Below the pieces are notes generated by a model. It ran no database searches. It saw nothing but the letters and a program-made list of their open reading frames with translations, and had not been told where the DNA came from. Made by a program: the position numbers and the translations under genes. Of a stretch of 64,000 bases of DNA, positions 40,603 through 51,108 are shown piece by piece; position 1 is the first letter of the stretch, and each line of letters opens with the position of its first letter. Origin of the DNA: Aulosira sp. ZfuVER01. GTDB taxonomy: Bacteria; Cyanobacteriota; Cyanobacteriia; Cyanobacteriales; Nostocaceae. Location of the stretch: the NCBI GenBank assembly GCA_034530615.2, contig JAVRCV020000036.1:96001-160000 (forward strand). Direction: 5' to 3'.

Positions 40603-41448
40603 ATGAAATTGCAATTATTTGAGCAACAATGGAAAAGAATAGCCAGAGTATTAATTATATCTTTATTAACTATATTGAGTGCAATCACCAGCCTTTCATG
40701 TAGTAAAAAAAGCGATGTATTAGTCACAGAAATTGGTGTCAGTCCTCCTAGCCGTCGTCGCCCAGCTGGAACATCCAAGGCTGTGGACTTTTATTTGCAA
40801 GGACAAAGTCAGCACGCCAAAGGTAACTCGCAAGCGGCGATCGCATCTTATGATAAAGCAATAAGCCTCAATCCCCAATATGGTGCAGCCTACAAAGCGC
40901 GGGGACTGGCTTACTTTGATGTCGGCAACAAACAAGCTGCGATCGCAGATTATAATGCAGCACTCAAGCTCAATCCCAACGATGCGGAAGCCTACAATAG
41001 CCGTGCTAATGCCCGCGCCTCTCAAGGAGATAATAAAGGAGCTATAGAAGATTACAACGAAGCAATTCGCCTCGCACCTAACTACGCCGAAGCTTATAAT
41101 AACCGAGCCAATGCTCTCGCTGCTGGCGGAGATCGAGATCGAGCTCTAGAAGATTTTAATCAAGCCATTCGCCTCAACACAAGATATGCGATCGCCTACA
41201 ATAACCGAGGTAATCTCCGTGCCGCCAAAGGAGATAATCAAGCAGCAATCTCCGATTACAATCAAGCCATTCGTATCAATCCTAACTTTGGCCCCGCCTA
41301 CAATAACCGAGGTAATGCGCGTGCAGCCCAAGGAGATAAACCAGGCGCACTCAAAGACTTACAGAAAGCCGCCGATATCTTTCAAGGCGAAGACAATAAA
41401 GACTTGTACCAGCAAGTGATGAACAACATCAAAGAACTAGGGCAGTAA
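40603..41448 (+). CDS. TPR-repeat protein, probable lipoprotein
   Basis: Hydrophobic N-terminus with LSC and repeated AYNNRG..A..DYNQAI units. Confidence 0.88.
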   Translation: MKLQLFEQQWKRIARVLIISLLTILSAITSLSCSKKSDVLVTEIGVSPPSRRRPAGTSKAVDFYLQGQSQHAKGNSQAAIASYDKAISLNPQYGAAYKARGLAYFDVGNKQAAIADYNAALKLNPNDAEAYNSRANARASQGDNKGAIEDYNEAIRLAPNYAEAYNNRANALAAGGDRDRALEDFNQAIRLNTRYAIAYNNRGNLRAAKGDNQAAISDYNQAIRINPNFGPAYNNRGNARAAQGDKPGALKDLQKAADIFQGEDNKDLYQQVMNNIKELGQ

Positions 41449-41778
41449 ACTGACTGTCGCCGCTTTCAATTCAGCCTCAACCAATTCATCCAGCTGTGCC
41501 TGTTGTTCTGGGAGCAATTCTTCTCCCCGATCCCGCGCCGATCGCCATAATCTCATCAAGTCCGATAACTGTTGTTGTTGCTCGGCACTAAAGAATGTGT
41601 CAGAGCGAAAGCTTTGAATGATTAGTATGGCATTAAACTCAGCCTCACCCAACTGGGCAGTTAACGCATCTAAAGCTTGCCCCGCAGTTTTGCCAACAGA
41701 ATGTTTATCTCCGGCGATCGCCCGATAGGATTTCTCTCCGCTAGGGTCTGTTGTTGGCAAGATTGCTACTGTAGTCAT
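41437..41778 (-). CDS. Hypothetical protein, possibly C-terminally truncated
   Basis: Clean ORF (YRAIAGDK.SVGKTAGQALDAL) whose end overlaps the TPR gene by 12 bp. Confidence 0.65.
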   Translation of the reverse strand: MTTVAILPTTDPSGEKSYRAIAGDKHSVGKTAGQALDALTAQLGEAEFNAILIIQSFRSDTFFSAEQQQQLSDLMRLWRSARDRGEELLPEQQAQLDELVEAELKAATVSLLP

Positions 41779-41827
41779 GGCTTTTAGCCTCAAGTTGCTG
41801 CCTCAAATTATAGCTTTCAGCCAAACT

Positions 41828-43324
41828 TCACTCCCGGTTATCTATCTGAGCGCGTTGTAAACTGCCTGAGAAGTCAACATAAACACTCTTCCATTCAGTG
41901 AAAACATCTAAAGCTGTAGTGCCAGCTTCTCTGTGACCGTTGCCTGTATGCTTCACACCACCAAAAGGTAAGTGTACTTCCGCACCGATGGTAGGGCCGT
42001 TAATATAGGTGATACCCGCCTCAATGTCGCGCATGGCAGTAAAAGCCCGGTTGATGTCGCGGGTGTAAACTGAGGAAGAAAGACCGTAGTTGGTGTTATT
42101 GAGGATGGCGATCGCTTCATCAAATGAACTCACCTCAATTAATGCCACTACTGGCCCAAATATCTCCTCACGAGCCACACGCATTTCGGGAGTTACATCA
42201 TCCAAAATGGTTGGTTGAAAGAAGTAACCATTTTTTAGTTGCTCCTCGCTGGCAATTTCCCCACCAATTAAAATCTTTGCACCTTCTTCACGGGCAATTT
42301 CCATATAATTATTTACCCGTTGACGTTGGGATTCGTTGATTAACGGCCCGATATCTGTATTGGTATCTGTGCCAGCCCCTAAGCGTAACTTGCTGGTACG
42401 CTCATAAAGCATCGCAGTAAATTTTTCTTTGATATCGCGGTGCAAAATTAAGCGACTAGTAGCTGTACATCTTTGTCCAGTTGTCCCAAATGCTCCCCAA
42501 ACAGCACCATCTAAGGCTAGTTCTAAGTCTGCATCTTCCATTACCACTTGGGCATTTTTACCACCCATTTCTAAACACACGCGCTTGTGAGTGCGTCCGC
42601 AAGTAGCACCGACAAATGCACCTGTTTCCGAAGAACCAGTAAAAGACACCAAATCAACATCAGGATGCTCAACTAAAGCTTTCCCAGCTTCTTCACCTAC
42701 ACCATGCACCAGGTTAATGACTCCAGGTGGTAAACCAGCCTCGGCAAAAATCTCAATTAGTTTGGTTGCACAAGCAGGGGTATCTTCCGCCGGCTTGAGG
42801 ATCACAGTATTCCCACATACCAATGCTGGCATAGCTTTCCAGCAAGGAATCGCCACAGGGAAATTCCAAGGAGTAATCAAAGCACACACCCCTATAGGCG
42901 ATCGCACTGTCATTGCGAATTTATTGGGCATTTCCGAGGGAGTAGTTAGCCCAAATAGCCGCCGCCCTTCACCAGCACTATAAAAAGCACAGTCAATTCC
43001 TTCTTGAACATCTCCTCTAGCTTCAGTTAAGGGCTTACCCATTTCCCGACTAATTAACTGAGCGAGTTCTTCTTTATGTTGAAGTAATATTTCCCCAACC
43101 CGAAAAATATATTCTGCTCTGGCTGGTGCGGGGACTTTCCGCCAACTTTGGTAAGCTTGGCGGGCTGCGGCTACTGCTGTATTCACATCATTTGCTACGG
43201 AACGGGGGAAAGTAGCAACAACTTCATTTTTATCAGCAGGATTACGACTTTCTAAGGTAGCTCCCCCTAAAGCACTCAACCATTGACCATCGATATAATT
43301 ACGACAACTTAACGTAGTAGTCAT
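41828..43324 (-). CDS. NAD(P)-dependent aldehyde dehydrogenase
   Basis: ITPWNFP, SFTGS, LEMGGKN, GQRCTA, EEIFGPV and PFGG.K. Confidence 0.95.
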   Translation of the reverse strand: MTTTLSCRNYIDGQWLSALGGATLESRNPADKNEVVATFPRSVANDVNTAVAAARQAYQSWRKVPAPARAEYIFRVGEILLQHKEELAQLISREMGKPLTEARGDVQEGIDCAFYSAGEGRRLFGLTTPSEMPNKFAMTVRSPIGVCALITPWNFPVAIPCWKAMPALVCGNTVILKPAEDTPACATKLIEIFAEAGLPPGVINLVHGVGEEAGKALVEHPDVDLVSFTGSSETGAFVGATCGRTHKRVCLEMGGKNAQVVMEDADLELALDGAVWGAFGTTGQRCTATSRLILHRDIKEKFTAMLYERTSKLRLGAGTDTNTDIGPLINESQRQRVNNYMEIAREEGAKILIGGEIASEEQLKNGYFFQPTILDDVTPEMRVAREEIFGPVVALIEVSSFDEAIAILNNTNYGLSSSVYTRDINRAFTAMRDIEAGITYINGPTIGAEVHLPFGGVKHTGNGHREAGTTALDVFTEWKSVYVDFSGSLQRAQIDNRE

Positions 43325-43430
43325 GTTTAAGACCTCCAGTTTCTCTCCACTGGAACTTTTGTACTAATTTTGCCGTGCTTTAGAGTTTACCGTCAAGTCT
43401 GAGATTAAGTAAAAAGCTAGTTTATGGTAC

Positions 43431-43585
43431 TTATACCATTTTAGATTTTAGATTTTGCGGAAAGTTGCGTGCGGGGGTTCCCCCCGTTGAGCAAACTTTT
43501 CAGGACAGATTTTGGATTGTGAAACATCTATTGGATAAGCGTTTCAGATTTCCATCTGTCGCAATCATTTTTCAAATTGGTATTA
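43431..43585. mobile_element. MITE-like element of the 3887 family with a nested repeat
   Basis: TTATACCATT...AATTGGTATTA, with an internal GGAAAGTTGC..GGGGGTTCCCCC..GCAAACTTT insert splitting the GATTTT(A/G) heptamers. Confidence 0.65.
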
Positions 43586-43590
43586 AAACT

Positions 43591-43634
43591 ACAAAAAAAT
43601 AAAGAGACTGATATTTTTGTTAACCAGTCTCTTT
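43591..43634 (-). terminator. Intrinsic terminator of the peptidoglycan-binding gene
   Basis: AAAGAGACTG...CAGTCTCTTT followed by a T run on the minus strand. Confidence 0.7.
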
Positions 43635-43662
43635 GATGATGTGTCACTTGAGTTAGCTAGAT

Positions 43663-44043
43663 TTACTTCATTGCAGCCAAAGTCCGGCGTCCAATGATTC
43701 CATCTGCTTTTAAGCCTTTAGATTTTTGGAATTTCATAACAGCTGAACGTGTCTCTTTATTAAAGACACCATTCACATTTCCGGTGTACAATCCTTGCTT
43801 CTTTAAAAAGTCTTGAGCAACTTTAACTGATTGTCCTTGGCTACCTAATCTTAAGGCGATAGTTTGGTTTGCCTTAGTAGTAGGCTTTTTCGCAACATTA
43901 GTCTTTTTGGTAGCGCTAACTTTAGGTTGTGTAACTTGAGTATGGTTAGTAGTATTTGGGCTTTTATTAGTCATCTGAGAGTACGCTGGCACAGCAGTAG
44001 CTAGAGTCAGCATCGGGATTACAGCAAGTAATTTCCAATTCAT
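43663..44043 (-). CDS. Secreted peptidoglycan-binding domain protein (PG_binding_1)
   Basis: Signal peptide ending PAYS, then LRLGSQG..V...Q..L...G.F...T..AV.KFQ...GLKADGIIG..T. Confidence 0.88.
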   Translation of the reverse strand: MNWKLLAVIPMLTLATAVPAYSQMTNKSPNTTNHTQVTQPKVSATKKTNVAKKPTTKANQTIALRLGSQGQSVKVAQDFLKKQGLYTGNVNGVFNKETRSAVMKFQKSKGLKADGIIGRRTLAAMK

Positions 44044-45184
44044 ATTTCTTTTTCCACCACACAGAAATTGCAATTTGCAAAGTCAGTAATTTTCTCAGGG
44101 CATTGCCTGATAATTCCTAACTGGTAAACACTGGTGTTTGTTATAGCTTGATACTATTTACCCATCCAGAGTTGAATCAAGCATCACATATCCTATTGAC
44201 AGAGCTATTGCAAAACTATGACAAAATTATGTCTAATTTAAGCATTATTTTTTAGGTAAATAAAAAGACAAATTTATTTATGTAACACTGTTAAAAGGGA
44301 ACTTAGAATGGGCAACAGCAACAGGAAAATCTCCAATTTAGAAGCGCATTGGCTGAGTCTGTTTGTTACTCAACTTTAAATTCTCATCTGTAAAAAACAA
44401 AGAATCCCCTCAATGCCTATTAATTTTAGGCTATTTGAGGGGTTCAAATGTTGCAGCAAAAAGTGAATTACTATTCAGTTAACAGCCTTCTGGTTAACAT
44501 TTCAATAAGGCTAAGTTAAGTTTGCGTAAAGAAACTGTCAAAGATTCATAAAGATTAACCAGGTAATGCAGCCATTATCCACTGGAAATATATGGCAGCG
44601 GTGGTTTTGGGGAATTTTTGACTCAGTAAAAATATTTAGAACTTGATTCTGACACAGAAAGTTATTGCTGACGAGAGGGTTTGCTCCCCTCATATCAATT
44701 TTGGATTTTGGATTTTGGATTTTAGATTAAGAAAGGCAGTCCCAATGAAGCAGGGGAGCAGGGGGAAGAAATGTTTGACTCTTGAGTGTTGACTCTGGAC
44801 TCTTAACTCTTGACAAAAAGAAATAATCCGCGATCGCACCCTCCTTTGCCAAGAGCGATCGCGAATCTCACCAATCATGATTGCCAAATTTATCTTTATG
44901 CCGCACCTTAATCTAATTTTCTGCCTCTAATGCCACTATGCGGCAGATTTCATAGATGCACTTGATTTTTAGGAATGGATTGAGATTGATTATCTGAGAT
45001 ATCCAACAGAAAATAACTAACAAAAAGCACAATTTTAAACTTTATTTATGCAAATTTTTGTTATGAAAAATTAGTTAATTTTTTTGAATTTTTAATTTTG
45101 AGGTTTTGAATTATCGTAAAGCGAAGGTCGCATTTTTTGTGTTATAAAACTCACAGCAATTTATCTTAGAGCAAAAAATACTCT

Positions 45185-47716
45185 ATGGAAACAGAACAAC
45201 TGGAGCGTTTTAAAGAATATGGCGAATTCATCCTCCAGAAATTAGACTCTGTGCCTGAATATCCCTCTAAGCAAGAAGATTGGGTACCAGCTAGTCTTGA
45301 TGAGAGTCTGTTTCGCCTGCGGGAAGCTGCTGAGAAAACTGTAGAACTTGCTACTTCACCAGTAAAAATTGGGGTGATGGGTGAATTTAGTAGCGGTAAA
45401 ACTTTGCTATTAGGCAGCTTAATCGGATACGCCGATGCTTTACCAGTTAGTGAAAACCCTACCACGGGCAACGTTACAGCCATCCACATCATACCCCATG
45501 ACGGCTTTGCTACTACCCAGTTAGGCAACTTTAAAGTCGAGTATCTTTCTCATGAAGGTGTGAGTGATTGTCTGCGCTTCATGGTTGGGGAAGCCAATCG
45601 CCGCACAATCGCCGCCGGACTACTACCTGCGCTGCTAACGAAGCTAAAAGAACCAAAAGATATTCTCATCTGGTGTGAGGAAACATGGAGAAGTAGCAAT
45701 AATTTAGAGTTACGTTATTTGCTGCGGGAATTAGTATTATTTATTCGCGCTTATCAAGCTTACGGCGAAGCAATGTGTGGTGGATGCTACCAAATTGATG
45801 CTAACACTGCCCGTGAGGGATTGCAGCTTGCCGAGCAGCCAATGGCAATTCAAACTATTAGCTTTGATGATTTACCGCCTGCTCATATCAAATTACCAAG
45901 TCCGCCGCAAACATTAACAACAAAGTTATTGCAGAATAGTTTCCCACTAATTCGTCGTGTGGATATAGAGGTCAAAATCTCACGAGAAATTTGGGATGTT
46001 ACAGGTGCATCGGAATTTATTTTGCTTGATTTTCCGGGATTGGGTGCTGCAAATTCTGGTGCAAGAGATACATTTTTATCACTGCGAGAATTAGCCGAAG
46101 TCCAGACAATTTTAGTGCTGTTAAATGGTAAATCGCCAGGAAGCGATCGCGCCAATAAAATCTTTACTATGATGCAGCAGCAGCGACCAGGACAAGACCT
46201 CAAGGATCTAATTTTGGTAGGTGTGGGACGCTTCGACCAACTTCCTTTAGAAAGTGAAGGTGGGGAACGAGAACTCGACCAACTAATTAACGATAACGGC
46301 GATTATCCCTTACACGAAAGTAGCGTTTTCCAAAAACTCAAAGTTCTGCAAACTACTATTGATGGTGCTAGTGCTTTTACCACCAAAAAAGACCGCATTG
46401 TTTTACTCTCACCACTACTAGGACTAGCAGACTTAGCCAAACGTTCAACTACGGTAAAAGCCGGTTCGCCGGAATTTTTAGCTAATCTAGACTATCCCGA
46501 TTATTTAGACCGTTCCAAGCGGTTACAAGATAAATGGGGAACTTTAAGCGATCGCTTATTAGCATCTGATGCGCGTAACTATCTCGGTAGACAACTAGGT
46601 TACTTCGCTCAAGATGGTGGGATTAGTAAGCTGCGGGAATTGATTCAAAATCACGTAGCTACTCACGGTCTGAAACAACTTTATGAAGACACTAAAAGGT
46701 CTGCTGATACTGTACGTCAACAACAGGATAACCTGAAAATTATCCTCGAAGAAATTCACGAGCAAGGTATACCAACCGCAGACAGTCCAGCTTTGCTAGA
46801 TTTGCGAGATGTGATTGAAAATTTGGATAAAACCTACAGAAATTTCCAAAAAGATTTAGGTAAAGAACCACTTAAAGATAGACGCGGAATTGGTGTCAGC
46901 GATGTAGTTAAAGATGAGCTAACATATAGAATTCTTAATTGGAATCAGTGGACTTTACTATTCAACAAATCCAATAATGGCACAATTGCACTCACCGAAT
47001 CTAAAGGTGCAGCCGGGAAATTATTTGATAGAGGAAACAGAGTTAATACTACCATTCCTACCAAAAGCGACGATTTTTATCCCACCTTTGCCAAGACTGT
47101 TCAAGAATTAGAAGAATTTGCCCGCGATCGCATTCGTCAAGCGATTGGAGATTTACTGACCAAACTATCAAACGTTGTCGCCCAAGAGCGTGAATATTTG
47201 TTAGCAAATCTCAACCCTGAAATGGAATCAGATCTCGAATCTAAATTTGGTATTGAAGAAGCTGAACTTTTTTATAAACTGCTGTTAGGGTGCGATCCTA
47301 ATCAATGGCAAGAAGCTATCATCTCAGAAATTCATAGCAAAGAAAGAGCAATCTCACCAGAAATTATCTTTCCCTTAGCGCGTCAAGATGAGAAACACAA
47401 TATAGGACAAATCTTTGATTGGGCACCAGAACGCAATGGTTCCTCCAAATCCAATAATCATCAACTTTTTGTACTGCGACTGCGGGATGAAATTACTGCT
47501 AGTGCCAGTCTACACCTTGTGCAATATGTTAGCGAAGTCAATCAACAAGTGAATGCAGAATTAGCAGGTGTTTTGGATCAAATTATTCCCAGTTTGCAAA
47601 ATCTTTCTAAAAAAGAAGCATTGCTGAGATATATAGCCGCTGGAGAATCATCACAGCTAGCAATTCCTACTTGGTTGCAAATTCTTTCAGATGTTGCAGT
47701 TATTAATTATCGGTAA
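45185..47716 (+). CDS. Dynamin-like / SrfC-like P-loop GTPase
   Basis: G1 GEFSSGKT, G2 NPTTG, G3 LLDFPG, G4-like GRFD and a long helical C-terminus. Confidence 0.8.
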   Translation: METEQLERFKEYGEFILQKLDSVPEYPSKQEDWVPASLDESLFRLREAAEKTVELATSPVKIGVMGEFSSGKTLLLGSLIGYADALPVSENPTTGNVTAIHIIPHDGFATTQLGNFKVEYLSHEGVSDCLRFMVGEANRRTIAAGLLPALLTKLKEPKDILIWCEETWRSSNNLELRYLLRELVLFIRAYQAYGEAMCGGCYQIDANTAREGLQLAEQPMAIQTISFDDLPPAHIKLPSPPQTLTTKLLQNSFPLIRRVDIEVKISREIWDVTGASEFILLDFPGLGAANSGARDTFLSLRELAEVQTILVLLNGKSPGSDRANKIFTMMQQQRPGQDLKDLILVGVGRFDQLPLESEGGERELDQLINDNGDYPLHESSVFQKLKVLQTTIDGASAFTTKKDRIVLLSPLLGLADLAKRSTTVKAGSPEFLANLDYPDYLDRSKRLQDKWGTLSDRLLASDARNYLGRQLGYFAQDGGISKLRELIQNHVATHGLKQLYEDTKRSADTVRQQQDNLKIILEEIHEQGIPTADSPALLDLRDVIENLDKTYRNFQKDLGKEPLKDRRGIGVSDVVKDELTYRILNWNQWTLLFNKSNNGTIALTESKGAAGKLFDRGNRVNTTIPTKSDDFYPTFAKTVQELEEFARDRIRQAIGDLLTKLSNVVAQEREYLLANLNPEMESDLESKFGIEEAELFYKLLLGCDPNQWQEAIISEIHSKERAISPEIIFPLARQDEKHNIGQIFDWAPERNGSSKSNNHQLFVLRLRDEITASASLHLVQYVSEVNQQVNAELAGVLDQIIPSLQNLSKKEALLRYIAAGESSQLAIPTWLQILSDVAVINYR

Positions 47717-47967
47717 AAAAATCCTAATTTCTCTCCTATTTCCTTCCTTCGTGTTCTTCGTGTCCTTTGCGGTTCGTTTAAAAAATGATCAAGAAACGAA
47801 CCGCATTCGGCAAAGCTGTTCCCGCAGGGTAGACGCAAAGGACGCAAAGTTAAGAATAAAAGTTAAAAATTTGAGAGTTTCACTAAAGATTTTGTAATCT
47901 CAAAAACCTCATTTTCTCTGCGTCTCTGCGTGAGACAAATCCTCAATTAAATTAACCCCTCAATACC

Positions 47968-50928
47968 ATGAACTCCTCCCAACTAAATAGCGAACAACAA
48001 AAAAGATTCCCCGGATGGTTTGCCCTAGATTTTGGCACATCCAACTCCACAGTCACACTCTTCGATCCCATTGAAGTACCCATCGCCGAAGTATTACCCA
48101 AAGAACAAGAAATGCGATTACGCGATCGCATGGCACAATGGTTGAATTCTCCCGCCGGAATTGCTTTACCAGATGTCAGCGCTAGCGACTGGGAAAAATT
48201 CATTGCTGATATTAGTAAAAATTTGGAGATAGAACCCAGCCGCTTAAGTGAAGTTTTTGAAAGTGATAATAAAGAGCGATTTTTAGAAGCACTACGCCAA
48301 ATTGAATTATGCTTAGGTACAAGCGATCGCTTCCGACGCGCAGTCAGCAAAAAACTTTATCAGATATATCATGAAGTCTTCCGCGTTCCGACTCTAGAAT
48401 CGCAAAATCTTATCCCAGTAGTATTAGATATCGATCGCCGCAGCACAGAAATTAAAAGCGAGTTGGAAATTGCTAAACTTGCTGCTTTAAAACTTAAAAT
48501 GGGTAGGGAAGCCAGCGATAATAGAAAAAAAGCGATCGCCCAAGGAACCAGCAGTGTTTTAAAAGAAATTATTAGCCGCTTTCATCACTCGCCCAAACGC
48601 TATTTTGGTCAGGATCGTTCTTTCCCAGTTATTTTAGATGAAGAAGAACAAACAATTAACGTCAACCAATTAGTTCAAGCAGCTTGGGGACATTTAATTG
48701 AGTTAACAGAAGACTACCGCCGACGCGCCAGACGCAGATTTTCGGAAGGGGATTTTCTCTCCGCAGTTGTTACCTATCCCACCGTCGCCCCGCCTGTTGT
48801 GCGTAAGGAAGTTAAGGAATTAGTTGAACAGTTAGGGCTGGATGATGTTCAAACTGCTTATGATGAAGCCGTTTCTGTGGCGATATTTTTCTTATGGCGA
48901 GAATTTGGCGGTAATCTCAACATTGGGATTGAATCTTTCAAAACTCGTTGTCGCCAAGAGGGAAATAAATGGTCACAAAATGTTCTGGTTTTAGATATTG
49001 GTGGCGGAACTACAGACTTAGCATTAATTGAATTAACTTTAGAAGATAGAACTCCCTTCTTTGCCGATAACGAAGATAGAGGTTTAGGGGGACGCTACTA
49101 TAGACTCACACCCAAACTATTAGGTTCTTCTGGGCATTTACAGCTAGGTGGCGAGTTAATTACCCTAAGAATATTCAGGCTTTTAAAAGTAGCGATCGCA
49201 GACTTTTTATTAACAGCAGTCACTAACGGTGATGTAGAAAGTGACAAGTTAGAAGATTTAATTAACTCGGAATTAAACGAACGTTTTCTAGAGAATGGAC
49301 AATTCAAAAGCGGCAGTATTTTGAAATGTTTGGATAAAGAAAATCCCGAAGGTGACGCTGCTTATAAAGATGCTTTAGATACGGCTGAGAAAGTATTACC
49401 TACTCGTTGGCAACAAGCACCCCAACGCCTACAAACTTTTTATACTCTTTGGGATCATGCTGAAGCTGCCAAAATCAAACTCGGACAAAAGCCACCAGAA
49501 GACGGTTCTCCCCTAACCTTCAGTCTCTCAGAACAGCACATTTATGAGTTACTAACTCAAAGTGCAATTAAATATCAGGTAAAAGATGCCAGTAGCATTT
49601 GCGTCACCATCGATAGTCAGCAATTCGATCGCGCTGCATCATCAGCCATTAAAGAAGCGATTGGTATAGCCCAAGGTTTGATGGATAGTCGCTTACGTCC
49701 CGAAGATAGCACCATCGATTCTTGGAATACCCACAAAGTTGATTGGCTAATTTTATCGGGTAAAACTTGCAGCCTCGACCTCGTACAGCGCTACATTTAC
49801 CAAGAATTTAGCAAATCGCCTTATTTCGTCTGGAATCCCGAACGAATTACCTTTGTGTTGGAATTTACCAAATTAGCCACCTCTGCCGGTGCTTGCTATG
49901 CCGAAAAACTACGTAGATTGAGATTCGACCCTGAAGAGTCAAAAGGATTACTACGTAAGGGAGCAAACCAACTAGAAATTGATGTCAAAAACCTGTTTTA
50001 TTATTTACCCTGCAACTTCAAACGCAAAACCCAAAGTAACGAACTGCTGACAATCTTTAAAGCCGGACAAGAACTTTATCAACTAGCCGCTGGAGAAAGC
50101 GTAGCCAAAGTTCGGACTGAGTGGCAAGGGATACAATTAACTAACATTATTTACCGTCAAGACTACGAAGATGGCGACTTGCGGCTTTGGGGTAGCTTCG
50201 ATGGCAAAACCTTGATGGAGAAACTAGGGTTATTAGAAGCAGATTTCTTGAAAAAAATCAAAGTCCAGTTTGAAATCGATCAAACCTTGCAATTTAGCGT
50301 TTTGCTTTGTCAAGGAAATCCTCATTATTTAATAGATGTTTCTGGGATTGATGTAACTTCAGTCATCTCCGCCGCCTCAAAAACATCTACGCTATTTGCA
50401 GATGGTAAATTAAAGTGGAACATTGCCATTGAACGCCCCAATAAAGACTTAAATGATGGTGATATTGCCATCAACGTAATCGAGTCAGCAACCGTCGATC
50501 AACCGGATGCTTATCATTTAGTATTTGAAGCCGACAAAGATGTCAGTAAATCGCTGCAAGAATTTCATTATTTACGCGATGGTTCCCCAGAACCAGGAAC
50601 CGGATTAATTAGTAATCCCTTACCTCCATTCCCCAAAAATGGACAACATACTTTTTATGTTGTACAAACAGATGCACAAACCAATACTAAAAAATGGATA
50701 CGCATCGGCGCATTAAGTAAACCAGATGTCACCACAGATTACCCTTGCCAATATCGTGTAACTCTCGACAATCAAGGTATTTTGCGAATGCACGCCGGGG
50801 AAGTACCTTACTGGACATCAAACAAGCAAGAAAGCCTCAAGCAACCTGGATGTGTTTACCGCGCCGAACTAGAGTTGCAACCCAACGAAGTGGATAAAGA
50901 ACGCGATCCTTTTTGCGGGATTCATTAG
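47968..50928 (+). CDS. Divergent Hsp70/actin-fold ATPase (SrfB-like)
   Basis: ALDFGTSNS, DEAVSVA, VLVLDIGGGTTD, LGGELIT, AEAAKIKL and LILSGKT. Confidence 0.85.
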   Translation: MNSSQLNSEQQKRFPGWFALDFGTSNSTVTLFDPIEVPIAEVLPKEQEMRLRDRMAQWLNSPAGIALPDVSASDWEKFIADISKNLEIEPSRLSEVFESDNKERFLEALRQIELCLGTSDRFRRAVSKKLYQIYHEVFRVPTLESQNLIPVVLDIDRRSTEIKSELEIAKLAALKLKMGREASDNRKKAIAQGTSSVLKEIISRFHHSPKRYFGQDRSFPVILDEEEQTINVNQLVQAAWGHLIELTEDYRRRARRRFSEGDFLSAVVTYPTVAPPVVRKEVKELVEQLGLDDVQTAYDEAVSVAIFFLWREFGGNLNIGIESFKTRCRQEGNKWSQNVLVLDIGGGTTDLALIELTLEDRTPFFADNEDRGLGGRYYRLTPKLLGSSGHLQLGGELITLRIFRLLKVAIADFLLTAVTNGDVESDKLEDLINSELNERFLENGQFKSGSILKCLDKENPEGDAAYKDALDTAEKVLPTRWQQAPQRLQTFYTLWDHAEAAKIKLGQKPPEDGSPLTFSLSEQHIYELLTQSAIKYQVKDASSICVTIDSQQFDRAASSAIKEAIGIAQGLMDSRLRPEDSTIDSWNTHKVDWLILSGKTCSLDLVQRYIYQEFSKSPYFVWNPERITFVLEFTKLATSAGACYAEKLRRLRFDPEESKGLLRKGANQLEIDVKNLFYYLPCNFKRKTQSNELLTIFKAGQELYQLAAGESVAKVRTEWQGIQLTNIIYRQDYEDGDLRLWGSFDGKTLMEKLGLLEADFLKKIKVQFEIDQTLQFSVLLCQGNPHYLIDVSGIDVTSVISAASKTSTLFADGKLKWNIAIERPNKDLNDGDIAINVIESATVDQPDAYHLVFEADKDVSKSLQEFHYLRDGSPEPGTGLISNPLPPFPKNGQHTFYVVQTDAQTNTKKWIRIGALSKPDVTTDYPCQYRVTLDNQGILRMHAGEVPYWTSNKQESLKQPGCVYRAELELQPNEVDKERDPFCGIH

Positions 50929-51108
50929 GGTAAATAACTCACGCAGAGGCGCAGAGGCGCAGAGAGGAGTTAATGAGAAAGTGATTTAATAAAACAAAGA
51001 GTTTTACTCTCTTAAAGACATCTTCTTCTGTGTACTCTGCGTCTCTGTGGTTTGTTTAAATCTTACCTTCGCGTCAGGTAAAAAACAGGTAATCTGGAGG
51101 CGGTATTC

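Noticed and set aside
44690..44887. 65-aa minus-strand ORF upstream of the dynamin-like operon
   Set aside because: Built from heptamer repeats (KSKIQNPK) and HIP1 sites, so likely non-coding.
47968..50928. Calling this gene dnaK
   Set aside because: At 986 aa, with large insertions, a divergent C-terminus and no dnaJ nearby, it is not the housekeeping chaperone.
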